From positions 1-10,844 of the IMG/VR virus record IMGVR_UViG_3300042691_029887: a DNA stretch of 10,844 bases. One strand, given 5' to 3'. Source of the stretch: a virus. Its lineage: Duplodnaviria > Heunggongvirae > Uroviricota > Caudoviricetes. Below, piece after piece: positions 1-7,400 of the stretch. The position numbers were made by a program, and so were the translations under genes. The notes below the pieces were generated by a model. That model was not told the origin of the DNA and did no database searches. It was given only the letters and a program-made list of their open reading frames with translations. Each line of letters opens with the position of its first letter. Position 1 is the stretch's first letter.

Positions 1-1447
1 GACCAGTTGGATCAACGACGAGATATTGATCATTATTATATAAACTATTATCAGGTACAAGTTCTAGTGTCGAATATCCGTTACCATCACCTGATGCTGT
101 ACCTGATCCGATAACTTTTACTCCGTCAAATGTAACATCGCCTGTTACACTACCAGTTAACTGACTTATCTCTCTAAGTGGCGACTTAGTTAAATTGAAG
201 TTATAAACATAAACATTGGTATTTGCCGCTGTTCCTACAGGAATTATAAAATCGTAATAATCACCAGACGGGTCAGGTGTCTTTGTAGCAGGACCTGTTA
301 GTGTTACTACAGTGTTTGCAGGGAAGGCTCCGTTACCACCAGTCAATAGTTCAAATGTGTCGCCTTTCTTTAGACTGTCAAATTTGGCTATAAATGGGGA
401 TGTATCTGTGGTTCTAATTTCAAGTTCGCTGGCTGTGGTCCATTGTACACTGGCAATATCTCCTATGCCTTCACCACCTAAAACTGATTCTGATATGACT
501 AATTGTCCACTAGCATCTACTCCTAAACCGTTTGATCCTAGATAGATAGTATTGGTACTTAGATAGATATCTCTAAATCTGAAAGAAGGACTGCCTAGAT
601 CGTATGTGACATCGGCGTCGGGAATTAAATCATCACTTATTGTTGTACCATCCCAAGTACCACCACCTAACACACTCTGTCCAGTGCTGTCAAGGATGTC
701 ACCGCCCACAGGTAGTGTTAGATCTCCGCTAGTATTAAAATGCCAACTATTTCCCTGATTATCAGTGTTTATCTCAATGGTCGCCCCGTTCCCGTCCAAG
801 TAAAATCCGGCAACGTTGGCATTATATCCCGGGGTAGGATTTAAGATTACTGCACGTTGATATGACGCACTAAACTGATAGCCGTTTTTTGCGTTTATTG
901 ATACGCCACCCTCGCCAATGATGCTACCTTCCGGAGCACTGGATACTTTAAGAGATCCTGGTAAAGTTAGTTCACCATCTGCACCGTAGGTCCACGATTT
1001 ACTTCCCCCACCTACATTACCAGAACCGTTGGCTATTATGTAAAGGTTGTTTTGTGAAGTAACTGCAAGACTTCCTGATACGGAAGAAATTTCAGCACCC
1101 TGTATCTGTAGTTGATCCCCACCAGTAATAGCAGGAAAAGTAACGTAGGGATCGGCACCACCAACTAGTACAACTTCGTCACCACTGCTGGATAATCTAT
1201 CTGTACTACTTGTTAAAATAATTTTGTTATTTGTGTCTTGATATACAGCAGTGATGTTTACATGATTACTATGATTAAAAAGAGGAGCTGCATAATCTTG
1301 TGCTAATTCAGTTAACTCAGCTACAGTTCCTCCAGTTAAATTATAAAGTTCAGTAAAATTATCATTTATTTTACCAAACGCAACACGCAGTGGATCTCCG
1401 TTACCTGCGTTCTCTGAACTTCCGATGTTAATATTTTTCTTTGCCAT
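1..1447 (-). CDS. Phage tail-fibre-like virion protein with T4 gp9/gp10-type N-terminal docking peptide. Partial: at least 482 aa, open at the left window edge.
   Basis: Not in the ORF track. Hand translation from ATG at 1447-1445 gives no stop before base 1: MAKKNINIGSSENAGNGDPLRVAFGKINDNFTELYNLTGG...STDRLSSSGDEVVL...KSWTYGADGELTLPG...NSWHFNTSGDLTLPVGGDILDSTG...LIPDADVTYDLGSPSFRFRDIYLSTNTIYLG...NDQYLVVDPTG. The ATG overlaps the TAA of the upstream gene (TAATG). The protein is rich in G/S/T/N/D, as is typical of fibres. Confidence 0.85.
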   Translation of the reverse strand, partial: MAKKNINIGSSENAGNGDPLRVAFGKINDNFTELYNLTGGTVAELTELAQDYAAPLFNHSNHVNITAVYQDTNNKIILTSSTDRLSSSGDEVVLVGGADPYVTFPAITGGDQLQIQGAEISSVSGSLAVTSQNNLYIIANGSGNVGGGSKSWTYGADGELTLPGSLKVSSAPEGSIIGEGGVSINAKNGYQFSASYQRAVILNPTPGYNANVAGFYLDGNGATIEINTDNQGNSWHFNTSGDLTLPVGGDILDSTGQSVLGGGTWDGTTISDDLIPDADVTYDLGSPSFRFRDIYLSTNTIYLGSNGLGVDASGQLVISESVLGGEGIGDIASVQWTTASELEIRTTDTSPFIAKFDSLKKGDTFELLTGGNGAFPANTVVTLTGPATKTPDPSGDYYDFIIPVGTAANTNVYVYNFNLTKSPLREISQLTGSVTGDVTFDGVKVIGSGTASGDGNGYSTLELVPDNSLYNNDQYLVVDPTG

Positions 1448-4400
1448 TATAGTCTTCCTACGACAATTTCTATTATACCTTCTCCACCATCCCAGTTTTG
1501 AAGAGCTTTGCCTATTACGCTTCCTAATTTAGGATCATCAGACGACTTTGCAAAACCGTTACCTGCACTAATCATTAGGTCACCTTTTTCTATCTTACCA
1601 ACAACTTTACAAGGTACACGACCTTGTAACGCTATAGATACAACATTATCACCTTCTAATACAGTGTTCATCTCAAAAGCTGGTTTAGTAGAAACTATTC
1701 CTGCAATTTTTCTAGTTGCTTCGCTAGCTAAAGTGACTTCATGATCTCCGCCAAATTCTAAAACTGTTCCAGGCTCATAACTATTGTCTGCTTGATATCT
1801 TTCTGCTAAGTCAGCATATTTGGCTTTTAGAGCAGTACCTTTGAATTCATTGGCATAAATGTCTTGGTTGCCATCACGTATCGCAACAGTATTCGCACTA
1901 GAACCTGTACTTCCTAAATAATCTGTGGTACCAATTCTCACAGCTTTTGAAGTATCAGCTACACCATCTAAATCGCCCTCAAATGTAGTGGCTTTCAATA
2001 CTCCGTTATTTCTCTTGGCTAGCAAACTATTGTTGCCGTCAGTGGAACTGGACACTGCTATAGTACATGATTGACTACCATTGAAACTGGTAGAAGTTGT
2101 TCCTGCAACAATAGTAATATCTGTTCCAGCTGATAGACTAAATGCTAGTCCGCCATTACCAACTTTGTCAGCATATGAAGCTATACCATAAAAAGTGTGT
2201 GGATTAGCTTCGGTTAGGTTTGTTGGCGCAGTAGTTCTACCAAATCTTGTACCATTAAAGTTCGTACCTTCAAATGTAGTACTATGAATAGTTTTAAATT
2301 TTTTAGTAGAAGTACCAATGTCATATTTGTCAGTGTCCTCAACATTGATAATAGGAGTTATACTCGGGTCACCTGAAGGTAATGCGCTGTCAAAAGTTAA
2401 TCTTCCACGCATTCTACCACCAACTTTTAATAGGGCGCCATAAGATGTTGCTCCACCTTTTCTTGTAGCTAGACCAGTACTAACACGATTTACATTACTA
2501 TCTTCAGGTAAATTAGTTGGTTCGAGACCACCCAAAGTATCATCACTGATAATAGTTGCCACAGTTTCTGTGCTAAGACCTAATATATCTCTAACGTTTT
2601 GCGCACTTAGCTCTGCTATATTACCAGTGTCAGTATCTCCTTGTGTATTATTATAATAACCTAATATTTTTTTATTTGTTATTTTTCTAAGTTGAGAAAA
2701 TGTAACACCGTCTGTGGTACTTGATGAATCTCTAATAGAAATAAATCCATTATCTGAATTGAATTGTGTTTCTTTAAATGCTGCAATACCATATCTAGAA
2801 GCCAATTGTTCTGAAGTCAATCCAGTAGTATCTTGTCCAATAGTGTTTGAACGGTTCAGTGATAGTTTAGTTTGCGCAATACCTGCACTGGAAGCTACAT
2901 CAGCATTGGTAATGCTACCAGCTCTATAAGTGAAAGTAATTGAATTACCACCTTCAGTTAAAGTAACTGTTGAAACAATATCACTTTCTGTACTGATAGA
3001 TACATTGGTCATAGAACCGCTGCTGTTTTCGTCTGGTTCCTGCCCTGTGAAAACTAACAAGTCACCTAAACCAGGATTTCCAACGATTTCAACGTCGTTA
3101 ATTTTTCCTATGTAATTATTTGTATCAAAAAATTGTTTGTTTATTAAATCACTAGTAGCCGTTGGTAACCCTGATCCAGTGATTTTATTTCCATTTAAAT
3201 CTATATTTCTTGGCACAGCAGAGGTCACTGCGGTAGCTACTGCTCCGCTGCCAGCATTTAATACTGATAAAAATGTAGCAGGATTTCTTCCAGCAACTGT
3301 ATCAGAATAAGTTTGTGTAATGCTTGGTGGAATTGTATATCCAGATCCCCCATTTACAATAACTACTTCTTTAATTCTCTTATTATCACCTTGACCTTCC
3401 ATTATAGCATAACCTGTTGCAGTTATGCCGCCCACAGTCTGTGGTGGTGAGAAAGTTAGTGTCGGAGGTAGATTATAATTTAAGCCACCAAATAATAATT
3501 GTACTTCCCTAACAGAACCACCTATGATCACTGTAGGAGTGTCAATGTAATTATAACCAGGATCATCAACAACAATGCTAGCCACTGAATATGTAGGTCC
3601 AGCACCACTTGATAATACTGCCCTAGCTGATGCACCAGTTCCTGAAGATGATACGATTGTTACTACTGGTGCAGTAGTATATCCTGAACCATTTTGGTTT
3701 ACGTTAATATTTTGTACTTTATATCTCTGAGTGGTATTGGCTAGAGTGAAGCCACTCCACCCAGTTCTAACTCCACCAGTAGCTATAGCTTGATCTACAT
3801 AAGATTTATTCGTAGCATCACCAGCTTGTGTTGGAGTTTTTAATAATGTAATTTTGTTATTGTTAAGACTAATTCCGCCTCTATTTCTAAAAACGCCACC
3901 AACATCTGTTAGATCTTGAATCATAGAAAAACCAAAAACATCAGTTCTTCTTCCAGTGGTTTCTAATATATACGCAGTGCCGAATTCACCATAAGAAACA
4001 GTTCCACCAGCGAACACATTATCCACGTACTTTCTGTTTACCGCACCTGTACCATTTACGTCTTCACTGTTTCTCAATGTTTCTATAGAATTACTTCCCA
4101 ACTGCATGTTACCCTGCATGATACTAGCACCGTCTAATCTCATTAGACCTTTTTGCGGAGTTTCAGTGCCGTCAATAGAGTAAAAACCATTTATTATATT
4201 ATTAATATAGGTTACAATAGCCTTCTGTGTTGATACAGTAGTGTCCTCAGGAGCATCCATTTTAGTATCAGCACTGAAATTATCAACTGTCTCACCAACA
4301 GCAAAACTCAAAGAACTAACACCAGATAGACCAATTCTAGCAGCAATGTTAACTGTGCCGTCCCCTTGATTTACATTGAAGTATGTACCGACTCTAAAGT

Positions 4401-7400
4401 TTCCATCTTGATCTGTACTAACATGGAAAACACGACCTGTGCCTATTTCTTTAACTATTGCACTAGGACTAGGACCAGGAGGCTCAGGTTGACCATAAAC
4501 ATTATTAGGATAATTTGAATCGTCAAATCCACCTGCGCCTACTTGTAAGAAATCATGACCAGTGGCTCTAACTGTGGAGAATGTAGTAGTAATTCCAATC
4601 ACGTCTCCTGGTTGATGTTTTATATCCAGTGCAGTGTTTAGATCGAACAAATAGTTACTACCAGGACCAGTAATGGAAATTTCAGTTCCGGCAGGTATAG
4701 ACTGTGTTATAATACTGCTGATTCTAACTTCATAACCAGAAGTAGTACCGTCTTGATTAAATTCTTGAGTTACTGTTCTAATAAATGTATTCTGAGTAGT
4801 TCCATTTGGATCTCCGGCATAAGGAATGCCAGGTCCAGAAAGAACAGCGCCATATTGTAATCCAGTTGCAGTTGCTGGGAATGTTAACGATTGCAAAGTA
4901 TCTAACACCTGAGGTTGTACATTAATATGTAAGCTAACACTCAATAATGCTGTCAGTTGTGCAACTTGAGTTGGACTGTTACTCCCACCATTGACAATTG
5001 TAACAGTAGGAACAAAATCATAACCAGATCCTGGGTTAGTGATAGTAACATCAGTTATTACACCGCCTTGCACTGTAACAGTAGCAGTTGCTCTATTAGA
5101 ACCACTTGAGGGTGCTGCTATGAGTAGTGTAGGAGGGGTGTTGTCATTGTATCCGGCACCACCATCACTTATAACTATATCAGATATTACTCCAGCTGGA
5201 TTTCTCTCACCAAGATTTATTATCCTAACGATTTGATCCATTAACTCGCCGACCTTTGTAGCTGACCCTGTTTCTGCTTCTAAATTATTATCTATAATTT
5301 GAGGACTGTAACCTCCAGCGGTTGGATCTTGATATGATCTTCTAATACCTAAATTTCTAGCAGGTATTGTAGAAGACCCGCTTTGTAGAGCAGTGGTAAT
5401 AAGAGTCATCAATGTTTGAACAGTGCTGTCGTCAATTCCCGAAACACCTGCTGTGCCATCAGTGTCTTGTGGTAGTAGATTACCTGCTTGTGGAGTAACT
5501 GTTGATTCTAATACTATTAATTTGGAGATTGTTCTTATATGATTAATAGCAGCAATCATTTGAGATTTTTGTTCTGCTAGTAAAAATATACTTTCTGGAG
5601 TACCGTCATAAAATTTAAGAGTAGTATATCTAGTTTTTACATTTGCTTCATATTCTAGATCATATGCTAATGACTCTACAATAGTGCTAAACTTGCTTCT
5701 CCAAAGAGTTTCATTATATGTGAAACCAGTACCCTGTGTTAAAATATTTAAATATCTTATTGTATCTTCTACAATAAAATCTTTATTAGCCAAAATTTGT
5801 TCAGAAGCATTTATTCTTGTACCTTCATATGGTAATGCAGTTTGACTAGGTGTAGAACCAGAATAAACGTTTAAGGCAGTCAATGCTACAGTTGTTGCAA
5901 AATTAATAGCATCAATTGTTTCTGTTTTTTGTTGACTCAACACAGTCGCTGCACTAACATTACCTTGTTGGTAGTATGCTATACCAGCTGCTCTACTTCT
6001 AACATTACCACCGTATGTTAAATCATAAGCAACAGCATCAATAATCAATCCTACATCTCTTGAACAAGTTATTTGATTATAAACAAAGTCTGGATATATT
6101 TCATTTAAAAAATTAATAACTTCTCTTTGAATAAACGATTTATTTGCAACAAGTTTTGTTACAGCTTCAACATTAAACCCAACTAAAGGATTTGCAGTAA
6201 CAGCTAACGGATATGAATCTTTAGTAATTCCAGCACTTCCAGGAGTCTCAGTTTTTCCTAAAATTCTGTAGATACTAGGATCAAAGTTAGTTTCAGAAAA
6301 CTTCATTGCTGAAGAATTAATAATAGGTGGAACGTTGCGTATCTGAGATACTGAGATAGTTTTGGTTTGTGCAAATACTAAAGGTTTAGGCTGCGGCTTA
6401 TTATATGCATCTGGTGCATAGAAAGGTAAGTCATTACTTAATGACGGATCAAGATTAATTCTCCAATATGAATCATAGAAAAAGAATCTTATTGGAGTTG
6501 TATTAGGTATTGATGCTGACAGTGGTCTGTCTAGTGTTAAATCCCAAATACCATCGACTCTAGTCTTTTTGGCTGTAGCAATTTGGTTTACCATATTAAC
6601 AGTTAACGGTAAATCTAATTCTATTAACCACCTATCTTCGACAGCATCATATGTCGGAGTAGTTCCTTCTTTTATAGTATATCTGGTATAATTTAAAGTT
6701 TCATTCAATGCAGGATCTAATAACTGGAAACTCCATCCTGCTTTAGGTGCCCAAGGACTAGCAGGATCTGTAATAATAACACTTGGAGCAGCTTCATTTT
6801 TTACTTCAGTAATATAGATCTCAGTAGCACCAATTTTATTATCATTGACACCTAATGGTTCAACTAATCTAATGTTTACTTTAAATGTAACATCTTGTCT
6901 AACAACATTTGTGACGGTATATACTTGAATATCATTTGATACCACTGCAGGTATCGTAGACCCCAGAGTAAATTTCATATTTTTTACAGCTGGACGTCTT
7001 AATTGAATCACTTTTAAGGTATTTTGATTAGCTTGATTTTCACCAGCGACACCATCAAATCTAGCAAAACCTGCAATTCTATCTTCACTGGCATTACCAG
7101 ATATAGAATATATTCTATCTTGAACCAGTACTCCTGTTGGTGCTAAACTTTGTCTAGCTACTGGACTCTCATTGTAACTAAAAGCTGTTTTGATTAAGTC
7201 GTTAATGTGAGTAGTAGAGTCATTGGGTATTTCACTAGGCAACCAGTAATCGCTACTTTCTGTTTCATCTAAGGTAAAATTATACTCGTCTAAAATAGTT
7301 ACTGTATATGTGTTACCTGAAATATCATTTGGTAAAGGATTGCCGCCTGGTGTAGTTGGTGGCAAATTGAGACCAGCGTCAGTCTTAACTCCAGTAATCT

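Noticed and set aside
312-545. 77-aa plus-strand ORF from the track
   Set aside because: It is antisense to the long open minus-strand fibre gene and has no recognisable motif or RBS, so it is a shadow ORF.
539-568. Direct repeat TAGATAGAT x2
   Set aside because: Explained by the coding repeat IYL...IYL (DIYLSTNTIYLG). It is not an independent DNA element.
1508-1744. 78-aa plus-strand ORF
   Set aside because: Antisense shadow of the conserved C-terminal chaperone domain.
2714-3115. Two abutting plus-strand ORFs (71 and 61 aa)
   Set aside because: Both are in the antisense register of the giant ORF. Stop-poor antisense frames are expected, and there is no independent evidence for them.
5039-5236. 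65-aa plus-strand ORF
   Set aside because: Antisense to the GSGY repeats; a shadow ORF.
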